DNA from: Candidatus Azotimanducaceae bacterium
Lineage (GTDB): Bacteria; Pseudomonadota; Gammaproteobacteria; Pseudomonadales; Azotimanducaceae
DNA length: 64,000 bases
NCBI GenBank assembly: GCA_045560825.1
Contig: JBJKYX010000034.1
Span: 18,120 to 82,119, forward strand
Direction of reading: 5' to 3'
Positions 1 through 9,510 of this stretch are shown piece after piece; the stretch's first letter is position 1, and the number at the start of each line of letters is the position of its first letter. Both the position numbers and the translations under genes were made by a program. The notes under the pieces are model-generated. The model did not search any database. It saw only the letters and a list, made by a program, of their open reading frames with translations, and was not told the origin of the DNA.

Positions 1-457
1 AACTTTCTTCCCGGACATAGCCAACTCGTGTTGTTTTATAGTGCGTTAGAGGAAACCCTAGTTCCTCTATATTTTTAAGGACAGCCTCACTCACATTTCC
101 ATATATTTCTATAGAGAAACCGTCTCCTAACTCGCCGTGCTGACCCACATACTCTAGAACTGGTGGATTGGATGTGTGAGCTAAAAACGCCTCGCTATTT
201 TTATAGACCTCCGTCCAGGTAAACGCGAGAGGGTCATTTGGATCTGAATCAAAATTATGGAATAGCATGCCAGGTTCGGTTTTCTCAACAGCCTCATCAA
301 CAGTCTGAGCCGCGTCAAGGTATCGTTCTACCATGCCTTCTTTAACATGGACTCTTGCGATAAGTATAAAGGGGTTGGAACCCACGGCGCCCTCGTGATG
401 CGCGGAATAAGTTAGCCCGCTAACCACCAGCAAACTTGCAATAATAAGTAACTTCAA
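1..457 (-). CDS. Exported antibiotic-biosynthesis-monooxygenase (ABM)-like dimeric alpha/beta barrel protein, 3' end outside the window; not in the ORF track
   Basis: Hand translation: TTG at 457 after AGGAGG (alternative ATG at 475) gives MKLLIIASLLVVSGLTYSAHHEG..FILIARVHVKEGMVERY..EPGMLFHNFDSDPNDPLAFTWTEVYKNSEAFLAH; frame open to base 1. Confidence 0.8.
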   Translation of the reverse strand, partial: MKLLIIASLLVVSGLTYSAHHEGAVGSNPFILIARVHVKEGMVERYLDAAQTVDEAVEKTEPGMLFHNFDSDPNDPLAFTWTEVYKNSEAFLAHTSNPPVLEYVGQHGELGDGFSIEIYGNVSEAVLKNIEELGFPLTHYKTTRVGYVREES

Positions 458-557
458 CTTGTGCCTCCTGTTCATGTATGTTCGCATTTAACTAAAAAAT
501 CAATGTGATCAGATTAGAGTGACGGCCTCTGATACACAACTCTATGATTCCAGATCC

Positions 558-1925
558 TTATTCTGGCCAGGCCTCGCTCGCTTCTTCGGTTAATCGAGCA
601 ACCTCACGAGGCATCAAGACACCCTCTTCCACAGCCAACTTTGCCGCAGACTCGAATGCTTTCAGGAAGGAGCTCCGGTCAACGTGTCTTGCCAGCACCT
701 CCTCTTTGGAAAACGGGTGTGAAGAACCCCCGAGATAGGCAAAGATATCGGACTTTAAAGGAATCGCGCTGTTTATCGCCAGGGGAACCTCCACCTGAGG
801 AAGACGGATGCCCCCTTTTGCTATCCCGTCATCGTCACGAACAATCGACCCAGAGGCCTCAAACTCGATCCTTGGCTGAATTGGAGGTGCGACGCCTTCG
901 CTCAACCAACGATGCATGTGATAGAAAGCCGAATCGTAAAGCGGTCCTATTGGGATAGCGTTGATTCCATCGTCAGCGTCTACCGTGGCCAATCGATCTC
1001 GATCAGCCATAAGCTTTCGAGCTGCACGACTCTGCTGAGACACATGACAGGTGCCAGCCGATTCCCACCACCTTAATTTGCTGCTGTCAGGCTGACGCAC
1101 GCCGTAACAAGCAATCGCCTCTAGCTCGGAATTCACAATAAAAACTGGCCGATCTAGATCATCTCGCAGCACGTTGGCTCCGCGTAATATATCTGCCGGA
1201 GAGTCATTGTATTGAGCATTATTGATATTGACGAGCTCATCTCCGACCTGAAGAGGCGTTCCACGGCCAAAATAGATACTGAGAATAAACCCATCAAAAC
1301 TCTTATCGAAGGGCGCGATTGCATTAAAGTAAGTCCCCAAGCGGCCAGCAGACTGGGACGCGCCTTGGGCAATCACCCTCTTGATTTGTAATCCTGCCAT
1401 CGGATCAGGGGCTGACAAATCTCGATCAGGACCGACCGACGACCCTATCTGTGAAAAAATATCGTAGGAAAAGTCGTCGCTAGGGATATTAAGCGAGCCA
1501 TAGCGCTCCGAATCCCAGTCAGCAAGACCCTGTTTTATGGGCGGAAGCCCCTCAATCCCTGCTCTCTGAACGCTAGCACAAACCAAAGCATAACCGCCTT
1601 CGAGCACCTCAAGACTGTCTGCACCAAACAACTCATATCCCGCTGTGACGTTGTTCCAGGTAACAATTACGGTGCCATTGAATCGTTCAGGTTCAGTCGG
1701 TCGGTAAACCAATAAACGGGTTTTATATGCACCGGACTTGTCGGGCTCCGCCTGCCATTTGCCATCTCTCCCCCAATCGGTTCCGCCAACCTGCCGATAG
1801 CTGGTCGCCTCACCCTCGATGAAGTATTCAGCCTCTTCATAACCGTAAGAAGCCACATCGAGCATTGATTTGGCAAATGGCCAACCGTAATTTCCATCGT
1901 TAATCGGACCTGAAATAACCCCCAT
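558..1925 (-). CDS. Alpha/beta hydrolase domain protein
   Basis: 455 aa; YKTRLLVYRP..RFNGTVIV, nucleophile-like GASQSAG, C-terminal GGIRLP typical of this family; GAGGA RBS. Confidence 0.75.
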   Translation of the reverse strand: MGVISGPINDGNYGWPFAKSMLDVASYGYEEAEYFIEGEATSYRQVGGTDWGRDGKWQAEPDKSGAYKTRLLVYRPTEPERFNGTVIVTWNNVTAGYELFGADSLEVLEGGYALVCASVQRAGIEGLPPIKQGLADWDSERYGSLNIPSDDFSYDIFSQIGSSVGPDRDLSAPDPMAGLQIKRVIAQGASQSAGRLGTYFNAIAPFDKSFDGFILSIYFGRGTPLQVGDELVNINNAQYNDSPADILRGANVLRDDLDRPVFIVNSELEAIACYGVRQPDSSKLRWWESAGTCHVSQQSRAARKLMADRDRLATVDADDGINAIPIGPLYDSAFYHMHRWLSEGVAPPIQPRIEFEASGSIVRDDDGIAKGGIRLPQVEVPLAINSAIPLKSDIFAYLGGSSHPFSKEEVLARHVDRSSFLKAFESAAKLAVEEGVLMPREVARLTEEASEAWPE

Positions 1926-2498
1926 TAATTCCTCCTATAAACCAAAATAATCTGAGACTGGTTTTTTCATAATTTTATCCGGAAGCCAACAAGCTTGCCA
2001 TCTTGAAAGGCGCAGCAAACATGGCTCATAGAATAAACAAGACTGTCTACACAAATAATTTAACGCACCTGCTTGATCACCCCTCGAATATGGCAGCCAG
2101 CACCACATTGCCAACAGCTTAATGGCAGCCCAGACTCGATCGCGCACTTCAAATCAACAAGCCTAATCAGTTCCTTATGTTACCGCACAACGATCACAAC
2201 AATTCCAAACAGGAAGAATGAAATGGACTTAAGAACCTTCTTGACCCACTCCTTTCTTTTTCAAATGGAATGTGTTCGATAATCCATCAGACTAAAGGAG
2301 CGTTCAAGAGACTCCCCGAGAAGTCTTAGAGCAGCTAAATAATAATGATCGCTTGACTCTCATTGTGAATTTCTTGGTAATACCAAATCCAGGGTTGGCA
2401 ATTATTCTGAACTTAACCTAGCTGGATCTATAAAAAGATTCTTAGGAACACACAAATAAATAACAACATTCTTTCCAATACGAAACACAGGAAAGCAC

Positions 2499-2882
2499 AT
2501 GAGCGACTTACGCGATCTTCAAATAGACGGTCAATGGGTAAATCAAAATGGATCTATCTTAGAAGTCATCGAGCATAAAGGAACCTTGGAAGGTTCGTAC
2601 ATTTCCAGAAAGGGACGCTCGGCTTCAGGCAAGAATTACCCGCTGATTGGCCAACGCAACGGAAGCGTCCTAGCATTCCTAGTTAACTGGGAAGATGAAA
2701 AGAGTAATTTGGAATCCATTACTTCCTTTTCAGGCCGACTAATCATGGACCCATCTGGTGTTCCAACAATCCACACAATGTGGGTCCTTGTACGTCAATG
2801 GGAAGACCAAGACCAAAAAAAGCCAACGGGAGCCTGGAATTCGTTTCTAACTAACGCCGACACCTTTATTCCTATGGATTAG
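2499..2882 (+). CDS. Avidin/streptavidin family protein without signal peptide
   Basis: GQWVNQNGS, GSYIS, FLVNW, SITSFSG, TMWVL, AWNSFLTNADTF align by eye with the streptavidin/avidin strands and biotin-contact residues. Confidence 0.85.
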   Translation: MSDLRDLQIDGQWVNQNGSILEVIEHKGTLEGSYISRKGRSASGKNYPLIGQRNGSVLAFLVNWEDEKSNLESITSFSGRLIMDPSGVPTIHTMWVLVRQWEDQDQKKPTGAWNSFLTNADTFIPMD

Positions 2883-2985
2883 AAACCAACCGATGACATA
2901 AACCATTTATTACGGGGCTTAGCTGACGCATCAAAATTTCGATTATCTAACAGCCGAAGAATAACCAAAAGGTCAAAAATTAGTT

Positions 2986-3014
2986 TTGACAAAACCCGCA
3001 TAAATGTTAAGAAT
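2986..3014 (+). promoter_or_regulatory. Putative sigma70 promoter of the pan/fol operon
   Basis: TTGACA (2986-2991), 17 nt, AAGAAT (3009-3014), about 170 nt upstream of panB. Confidence 0.5.
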
Positions 3015-3024
3015 TCCGCCGCTT

Positions 3025-3184
3025 AGCTTAACCTCCGGCAAATTCGCTTGAAGTTGAGTTATTAAAATAGGTTATAGGTTTAGGACTCGATCAATTATAG
3101 ACGGGTACCGGAATAAGCCGCTATCGGAGATTGAGCAAACCCTGCTCACTCACGTGCTTTCCGAGTATCTAGGGAGGGAGCGTA
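3025..3184 (+). promoter_or_regulatory. Structured 5' leader of panB (candidate cis-regulatory RNA)
   Basis: Hairpins at 3025-3060 and 3124-3164 (inner TGAGCA-AACCC-TGCTCA); TGCTTTC 3155-3161 can alternatively pair with the SD-overlapping GGGAGCG 3176-3182. Confidence 0.35.
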
Positions 3185-3973
3185 GTGAACATTCTTGATT
3201 TTTCCAACAAAAAACAGCGCGATGAAAAGATTTCAATGGTAGCGTGCTATGACTACTGGTCTGCTAATCTTCTAGAAAAAACAGATATAGACTCGCTCCT
3301 CGTGGGCGATAGCCTTGCTATGGTCATGCATGGATACCCTTCTACCGTCCATGCAACCCTAGAACTTATGGAATTGCACGTTCTTGCTGTGAGAAAAGGG
3401 GCACCTACTAAATTTCTGGTAGGAGATGTGCCTTTCTTAAAGGCAAGGTATCGAACCGACCTAGTTCTCGACAGCGTCTGTAGTTTAATGCAAGCCGGCT
3501 GCAACGCAGTTAAAATTGAGGGCGCAACCGGTCACTTGGAAGCCATAAGGCACGTTGTTGAATCTGGTATTCCCGTTATGGGGCATCTCGGGCTCACCCC
3601 TCAGTCAATAGAGAAATTAGGAGGCCACAAAGTTCAGGGAAAATCCGACGACTCCTCAAAAAAAATACTGGATGAGGCAGCGAAACTTGAGGATTCCGGT
3701 TGTTTTGCGTTAGTCCTTGAATGCATACCTGATGCGCTTGCAGCTCAGATAACAACTAATTTAACCATCCCCACTATTGGAATCGGCGCAGGTCCATTCA
3801 CAAATGGTCAAGTTTTAGTATTTCAAGATTTACTTGGAATGCAAAAGGACTTCAAACCAAAATTCTTGCGTCATTACGTCTCGGGGGAATGCATAATCAC
3901 CGAAGCTATAAATCAATTCCACAAAGACGTTATCCAATCCGATTTCCCGTCAATCCAAGAGTCCTATCGATGA
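3185..3973 (+). CDS. panB: 3-methyl-2-oxobutanoate hydroxymethyltransferase
   Basis: LLVGDSLAMV, AVKIEG, MGHLGLTPQS, IPTIGIGAG; GTG start after GGAGG. Confidence 0.95.
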   Translation: MNILDFSNKKQRDEKISMVACYDYWSANLLEKTDIDSLLVGDSLAMVMHGYPSTVHATLELMELHVLAVRKGAPTKFLVGDVPFLKARYRTDLVLDSVCSLMQAGCNAVKIEGATGHLEAIRHVVESGIPVMGHLGLTPQSIEKLGGHKVQGKSDDSSKKILDEAAKLEDSGCFALVLECIPDALAAQITTNLTIPTIGIGAGPFTNGQVLVFQDLLGMQKDFKPKFLRHYVSGECIITEAINQFHKDVIQSDFPSIQESYR

Positions 3974-4755
3974 AAGAAATAACTAATATCGACGAAGTTC
4001 GATGTTTGCGCGGAAACTTGTCTGCTGGATCAAAATTAGGATTCGTTCCCACCATGGGAGCCTTGCATGAAGGGCATGTGTCATTGATCTCGGAAAGCAT
4101 AAAGGCGAACGATCGAACAATATTGAGCATATTTGTTAACCCAACACAATTCAACGATCCTAAGGATTTACAGTCTTACCCTTCCAATCTAAAGCAAGAT
4201 ATAGAAATTGCCGAAAAAGCCGGGGTCGATTTCGTCTTTTTACCTCGGCACGAAGATGTATATAGAGATAAGTTCGAATATCAAATTCACGAGACTCGAC
4301 TAAGCAAAGAACTTTGTGGTGCGGACCGACCAGGGCACTTTACGGGCGTACTGACCGTCGTAATGAAGCTATTAAACTTGATTGCTCCCGATCGAGCTTA
4401 TTTTGGCCTTAAAGATTTTCAGCAGTACGAATTAATTAGAGGCATGTGCGAGGCATTTTTTTTAAACGTGGAGATCTGCGCTGTAGAAACCATCAGAGAC
4501 TCTAAGGGTTTGGCTATCTCATCAAGAAATAGATTACTAAACCATGAATCAAAAGAAATGGCTTGCAAACTTAATAAAACTCTATCGTTAGATACGCACG
4601 ATGAAGCCATTCACGAATTGCTGGAGGAGCTAGGATTCACAGTCAACTACGTGGAGACAAGGAAAGGAAGAAGGTTTGGTAGTGTCACGATCTCCTCCAA
4701 TGAAAACGAAATACGCTTAATAGATAATATTAAGTTGGAGGATTCTTACCAATGA
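3970..4755 (+). CDS. panC: Pantoate--beta-alanine ligase
   Basis: GFVPTMGALHEGH, SIFVNPTQF, RPGHFTGV, YFGLKDFQQ, LAISSRN, RLIDN; ATG overlaps the panB stop (ATGA). Confidence 0.95.
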   Translation: MKEITNIDEVRCLRGNLSAGSKLGFVPTMGALHEGHVSLISESIKANDRTILSIFVNPTQFNDPKDLQSYPSNLKQDIEIAEKAGVDFVFLPRHEDVYRDKFEYQIHETRLSKELCGADRPGHFTGVLTVVMKLLNLIAPDRAYFGLKDFQQYELIRGMCEAFFLNVEICAVETIRDSKGLAISSRNRLLNHESKEMACKLNKTLSLDTHDEAIHELLEELGFTVNYVETRKGRRFGSVTISSNENEIRLIDNIKLEDSYQ

Positions 4756-5537
4756 TCTTAGCTCTAGATATCGGCAACAGTCAGATATTTTGCGGTGTAT
4801 TTGATGGAGACCAGCTAAAAGTACAGGTGCGCTATGCTTCCAAGGCACAGATTTCATCAGATGAATTTGGTGTTTTTCTGCGAGGCGCGCTTAGAGAGAA
4901 CGATATTGATCCTGAGTCTATCGAGGTTATAGGAATATCCTCGGTCGTTCCCGAACTCAATTATGCTTTGAGAGCTTGCTGTCAAAAATACTTCAACATT
5001 GAACCCATGCTAATGCAGCCTGGAATAAAAACAGGGCTAAAAATAGATTACAAAGACCCGAAAGAGGTTGGGAGTGATCGGGTCGCAGATTCGATTGGCG
5101 CTGTTAAGATGTTTCCAGATCAGGATTTAATTTTGATCGATTTTGGAACAGCCACAACTATCTGCGCGATTTCCAAAGATCGAGTATTTCTAGGTGGAAA
5201 CATCATGCCAGGCATAAGACTTTCTATGGAAGCCCTCGAATCCAAGACGTCCAAGCTGCCATCTGTTGAAATAAGAGCAACAAATGAGGTCGTAGGCAAG
5301 ACTACGATAGATAGCATCCAAAACGGTTTGTATTGGAGCAACGTAGGAATGATCAAAGAAATCACATCAAGGATTTCTCAGGAAGTTTTTGGGGGCAACA
5401 CACCTTTGAGAATTGCCACCGGGGGTTTCTCCCATCTATTCGACAGAGAGAACTTGTTTGATCATGTCGTTACAGACCTAATCTTGGTCGGTATCGTCGA
5501 GGCACTAACAATCAACGGTTACCTTGAGCGCAATTAG
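4752..5537 (+). CDS. coaX: Type III pantothenate kinase
   Basis: LALDIGNS, SSVVP, VGSDR, IDFGTATT, IATGG. Confidence 0.95.
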   Translation: MILALDIGNSQIFCGVFDGDQLKVQVRYASKAQISSDEFGVFLRGALRENDIDPESIEVIGISSVVPELNYALRACCQKYFNIEPMLMQPGIKTGLKIDYKDPKEVGSDRVADSIGAVKMFPDQDLILIDFGTATTICAISKDRVFLGGNIMPGIRLSMEALESKTSKLPSVEIRATNEVVGKTTIDSIQNGLYWSNVGMIKEITSRISQEVFGGNTPLRIATGGFSHLFDRENLFDHVVTDLILVGIVEALTINGYLERN

Positions 5538-5561
5538 ACGTTTTTTCCGAATACCCGAACA

Positions 5562-5948
5562 ATGAAATTCAGAGCCGACAAACTCAATTCTAAAATCCAG
5601 TTAGACGAATTGGAGATACAATTGCACCTGGGAGTCTCTGAAGATGAAAGAGCGACAATCCAAAGCGTTTGGGTTTCGCTTGTTTTCGACTTTTTATCTA
5701 TACCAGAGTCGACTTCGTCAGACCTGATCTCCGGAACGGTTAACTATTCCAGTCTTTGTAAACTATTAAAAAGCGAATTCAGCGGAAGCAATATCAAAAC
5801 CATAGAGTACATGGGTTTCCAGGCGTTCGATTTGATTTCTGAAAACATTGGACAGACCGGTCGGCTGTCACTGTCCATACGAAAATTCCCATCGATAAGC
5901 GGATTGAAAGGGGGCGCTCTTTTTGAGTTATCGGGAGACATCAACTGA
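5562..5948 (+). CDS. folB: Dihydroneopterin aldolase
   Basis: LHLGVSEDER..Q, TVNYS, TIEY, SIRK; directly upstream of folK-folP. Confidence 0.8.
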   Translation: MKFRADKLNSKIQLDELEIQLHLGVSEDERATIQSVWVSLVFDFLSIPESTSSDLISGTVNYSSLCKLLKSEFSGSNIKTIEYMGFQAFDLISENIGQTGRLSLSIRKFPSISGLKGGALFELSGDIN

Positions 5949-7198
5949 AAGCAACCCTCAGTCTCGGCTCTAACCTCGGCGACAGCGTCAATATTCTTAA
6001 TGAGACCGCTTCGCTTATAAATTCCATAGCGTCGAGCAAAATTCTAAAAACCTCCTCTATTTTCCGATCTGCTCCGTTGCTACCAGAAAATGCGCCTAGC
6101 TCTTGGCGTAAGGTTTTTTTAAATTGCGCCGCGCTGATTGAGACCGAATTAAATCCCATCGAACTCTTGTCATCCCTACAAGAGATCGAGAGAAAAATAG
6201 GAAGACAGCGCGCTGAGCGTTGGAGTCCTAGAACTGTGGATATAGACATCATCTCCTTTGGTAGTCAGAAAGTTGAACAGCCTAACCTGACTATCCCCCA
6301 CCCCGAAGCCCTTAAGAGAAATTTCGTTCTCTCGCCTTTATGTGAGATCTGTCCTGATCTGACTATCAATGGAAAGACCGTTTTAGAACACAAGCGCGCC
6401 CTACCCTCTCAGCTTTCTTCGTGGATGCAGATCGTCAACGTGACGCCCGATTCATTTTCCGGAGACGGACTACTGCAAACCGATCGACGAGATTCAATAT
6501 CGCCGTCGCACATCCCAAATTATTTCGATATCGGCGGCGAGTCCACTCGTCCTGGCGCAAAAACGCTTACGACCAGCGAAGAGTGGGCTCGACTTGAGAA
6601 AATTCTTCTCTCATTCGACACTCAATCTTGGTTCCGTCCAAAAGTAAGTCTCGACACTCGTAATGCGCTGACAGCCGCAAAAGCAATAGATCTTGGTATT
6701 GATCTTATTAACGATGTTAGCGGCCTAGGAGATCCTGAGATGCTAGAGGTAATAAAATCGGGGGAGGTAGACGTTGTCGTAATGCACAATTTGGGCATCC
6801 CTGCGAATCCAAAACAGACAATCCCGGTCGAAGAAAATCCTGTTGTAGCCGTAACACGTTTTCTTAGCGACAAATTAGAAATGCTAGACAAGGAAGGTAT
6901 CAGCAAAGCGCGAGTTCTAATTGACCCAGGTATCGGCTTTGGGAAGACTGCTAATCATTCCTGGCAATTACTCCAAAATATAGATCAACTGAACCACCTG
7001 GGTGTCAGACTCATGGTGGGTCACAGCAGAAAATCTTTCTTAAAAGAGATCACCGATGCTGCTCCTGAAGACAGAGACCTACACACTATCGCCATATCCC
7101 AACAACTGGAGGGAAAGGCGGTCGACGTCATCAGAGTACACAACCTTGAGGCTCATTATCATTTTCTAGAAACCGTCTGGCGTATGACCAACCAATAA
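5945..7198 (+). CDS. folKP: Bifunctional HPPK-dihydropteroate synthase (FolK-FolP fusion); probable CTG start
   Basis: In frame upstream of the tracked ORF: CTG AAA GCA ACC CTC AGT CTC GGC TCT AAC CTC GGC (KATLSLGSNLG). HPPK motifs FLN, RWSPRTVDIDI, IPHP; DHPS motifs IVNVTPDSFS, GGESTRPG, DPGIGFGK, GHSRKSF, RVHN. Confidence 0.9.
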   Translation: MKATLSLGSNLGDSVNILNETASLINSIASSKILKTSSIFRSAPLLPENAPSSWRKVFLNCAALIETELNPIELLSSLQEIERKIGRQRAERWSPRTVDIDIISFGSQKVEQPNLTIPHPEALKRNFVLSPLCEICPDLTINGKTVLEHKRALPSQLSSWMQIVNVTPDSFSGDGLLQTDRRDSISPSHIPNYFDIGGESTRPGAKTLTTSEEWARLEKILLSFDTQSWFRPKVSLDTRNALTAAKAIDLGIDLINDVSGLGDPEMLEVIKSGEVDVVVMHNLGIPANPKQTIPVEENPVVAVTRFLSDKLEMLDKEGISKARVLIDPGIGFGKTANHSWQLLQNIDQLNHLGVRLMVGHSRKSFLKEITDAAPEDRDLHTIAISQQLEGKAVDVIRVHNLEAHYHFLETVWRMTNQ

Positions 7199-7470
7199 TT
7201 TTTAGATTGGAACCGAAGACAACAGTCTCTCAGTTACGAACAACAGTAGGGACTTACACGACAGCTAAAGGCCACTGCCCGCCCACCAAAAAGCAACTGC
7301 AGGGCGAGTCAATACCAAAATCTTGTAGAGTGCTCCCAGACTAATCACTTGGAGGTAATCCAAGAATCTCAGCTGCGTTAGTGGACAAGACTATTACCAG
7401 CGCCAAAACTACTTTTATTTTCTACGAAACAAATACTCCTTTCCCGACAATTTGAATAATCAAATATGAA

Positions 7471-7489
7471 AATGTTATGTTATAACATT
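7471..7489 (+). promoter_or_regulatory. Zur box
   Basis: Perfect inverted repeat AATGTTAT-gtt-ATAACATT 22 nt upstream of the COG0523 gene; matches the gammaproteobacterial Zur consensus AAATGTTATAnTATAACATTT. Confidence 0.85.
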
Positions 7490-7511
7490 ATTGAGTAGAA
7501 GGTGATTTAAA

Positions 7512-8723
7512 GTGGAAAGTGCAGAAGTATCTAAGCTTCCTGTGACTGTTCTCTCGGGTTTTCTTGGGGCAGGAAAAACAACCGTTCTAAGTAACATCTT
7601 AAACAACCGAGACAACAAAAAAGTAGCCGTCATTGTTAATGACATGAGCGAAATTAATATTGACTCCGCAATCGTGCAGAACGAGGTTTCCTTAAACCGC
7701 AGCGAAGAAAAGCTTGTCGAGATGAGTAACGGGTGCATTTGCTGCACACTTCGTGAAGATCTCCTGGAAGAAGTTACCAAACTTGCTAAAGAGGGGCGTT
7801 TTGACTACTTGGTAATCGAGTCTACTGGCATTTCAGAACCCCTACCGGTAGCAGAAACATTTACTTTTGCTGACGAGGATGGCGTTTCACTGTCTGATGT
7901 TGCAAAACTGGATACCATGGTCACCGTAGTGGACGCGGTTAATTTTCTGAAGGATTACGAAGAAGCAAAGTATCTTCAAGAAAAAGGTGAATCGCTAGGC
8001 GAAGATGACGACCGCAGTGTCGCAGATCTACTCGTTGATCAGATAGAGTTTGCCGACCTTATTCTTATCAGCAAAACTGATTTAGTACGTCCCTCTGACA
8101 AAGAACGGCTCACCGCAATCCTAAAAGCGCTTAATACTGACGCAAAAATAATTCCAATCGAGCAGGGTAAGGTCGATATAGATGAAGTGCTAAACACTGG
8201 GTTATTCGATTTTGAAAAAGCGCAGCAGGCGCCTGGGTGGCTTAAGGAAATGCGGGGCGAGCACGTTCCCGAAACGGAAGAATACGGAATCGGCAGCTTC
8301 AGCTACGAAGCGCGAAGACCTTTTCATCCTGAAAAATTTCATCAATTTCTCCACTCCACGGAAAAATTTGGAAAACTATTGCGATCCAAAGGTTACTTCT
8401 GGCTGGCAACACGCCCGCAACTCGCGGGTCAATGGAGCCAAGCTGGCGGCATTGCTTCTTACGGGTTCGCAGGCATGTTCTGGAAAGCCATCCCTGAGAA
8501 AGATTGGCCCGACGATGAGGATTATCTTGCTTCTATCAAAAAGCAATGGGTGGAACCTTTCGGCGACATGCGACAAGAACTGGTCTTTATCGGTCAGGGT
8601 TTAGATCAAAGCAAAATGATCGAGGCACTTGATGAATGCCTTTTGAGCGAAGAAGAGGTACTCAAGGGCAAATCCTATTGGTCAACACTGTCAGATCCGT
8701 TCCCAGCTTGGAACCAGGCATGA
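7512..8723 (+). CDS. zigA: Zinc metallochaperone GTPase (COG0523, ZigA/YciC type)
   Basis: LSGFLGAGKTT, NGCICCTL, IESTGISEP, SKTD, CobW C-terminal domain RQELVFIGQ. Confidence 0.92.
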   Translation: MESAEVSKLPVTVLSGFLGAGKTTVLSNILNNRDNKKVAVIVNDMSEINIDSAIVQNEVSLNRSEEKLVEMSNGCICCTLREDLLEEVTKLAKEGRFDYLVIESTGISEPLPVAETFTFADEDGVSLSDVAKLDTMVTVVDAVNFLKDYEEAKYLQEKGESLGEDDDRSVADLLVDQIEFADLILISKTDLVRPSDKERLTAILKALNTDAKIIPIEQGKVDIDEVLNTGLFDFEKAQQAPGWLKEMRGEHVPETEEYGIGSFSYEARRPFHPEKFHQFLHSTEKFGKLLRSKGYFWLATRPQLAGQWSQAGGIASYGFAGMFWKAIPEKDWPDDEDYLASIKKQWVEPFGDMRQELVFIGQGLDQSKMIEALDECLLSEEEVLKGKSYWSTLSDPFPAWNQA

Positions 8724-8816
8724 GCGTTTTGAGTTCGTGGCTGATTGCTAGAGCTGGGGCTCTAAGTCGTCAAACCATACTTACCGACGCACGGCTTCTC
8801 AAAAAAAGGCGGTCTG

Positions 8817-9422
8817 ATGCAACTAGTTGAGAGCAATCAACTTAGTGACCTTAAGATGATCTATTCAGACGACGTAGAACTTGTCAGCATCGCGAGGACC
8901 AATTCCACGACCGTTCAAGAACTATCACAAAGATTGCTAGAGCTAAGAACCCCATTAAAATTACAATGGAAGCAGACTCTCAAAGATCGCGAAACAGCGG
9001 ATTCCCAACTGCCAGAATCCATAGACATTGAGCTTCGCACGATGCTGGTTGATCTGATAGGAGAGAGTTGCGAGATATTCGGCGAGCTGATGGGGTGCTC
9101 TCAAATCGGAGTAAGGTTAGCAACCTTGAGATCCCCCATGTGCCCTCGATTCCACGTGGACCAGATTCCATGTCGTATGATTATTACGATGGTCGGTACT
9201 GGTACCGAGTGGATCCCTAATACGGGGGTCAATTGGTCAGATTTTTCCGATCTTTCAAATGATAAAGCACCTCTAAACGATTCAGGAAAGATTCAACAAT
9301 TAGAAACAGGAAACTGGTCAATTTTAAAAGGGGGCGCTAGGGGTTATCAGGGTTTAGTTCACCGATCACCTCATGATTATTCGGAAAGGCTGCTACTCTC
9401 TCTGGATCCGATTTCCGAGTAA
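8817..9422 (+). CDS. DUF1826 family protein
   Basis: MCPRFHVD..RMIITMVGTGTEW..LKG..GLVHRSP..RLLLSLD; usual neighbour of COG0523. Confidence 0.85.
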   Translation: MQLVESNQLSDLKMIYSDDVELVSIARTNSTTVQELSQRLLELRTPLKLQWKQTLKDRETADSQLPESIDIELRTMLVDLIGESCEIFGELMGCSQIGVRLATLRSPMCPRFHVDQIPCRMIITMVGTGTEWIPNTGVNWSDFSDLSNDKAPLNDSGKIQQLETGNWSILKGGARGYQGLVHRSPHDYSERLLLSLDPISE

Positions 9423-9510
9423 TCTATTGCAAGCAAGAGCAGGAAACCACTTATAATTGGTCATACCTAATCTCCCAAACACCGCAACAAAAATTCCGGA
9501 ACAAGTAAAC

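Noticed and set aside
7245-7320. Cobalamin-riboswitch-like words (AGGGA, GCCACTG, GCAACTG) upstream of the COG0523 gene
   Set aside because: The elements are in the wrong order with no B12 box or consistent stems; the Zur box explains the regulation.
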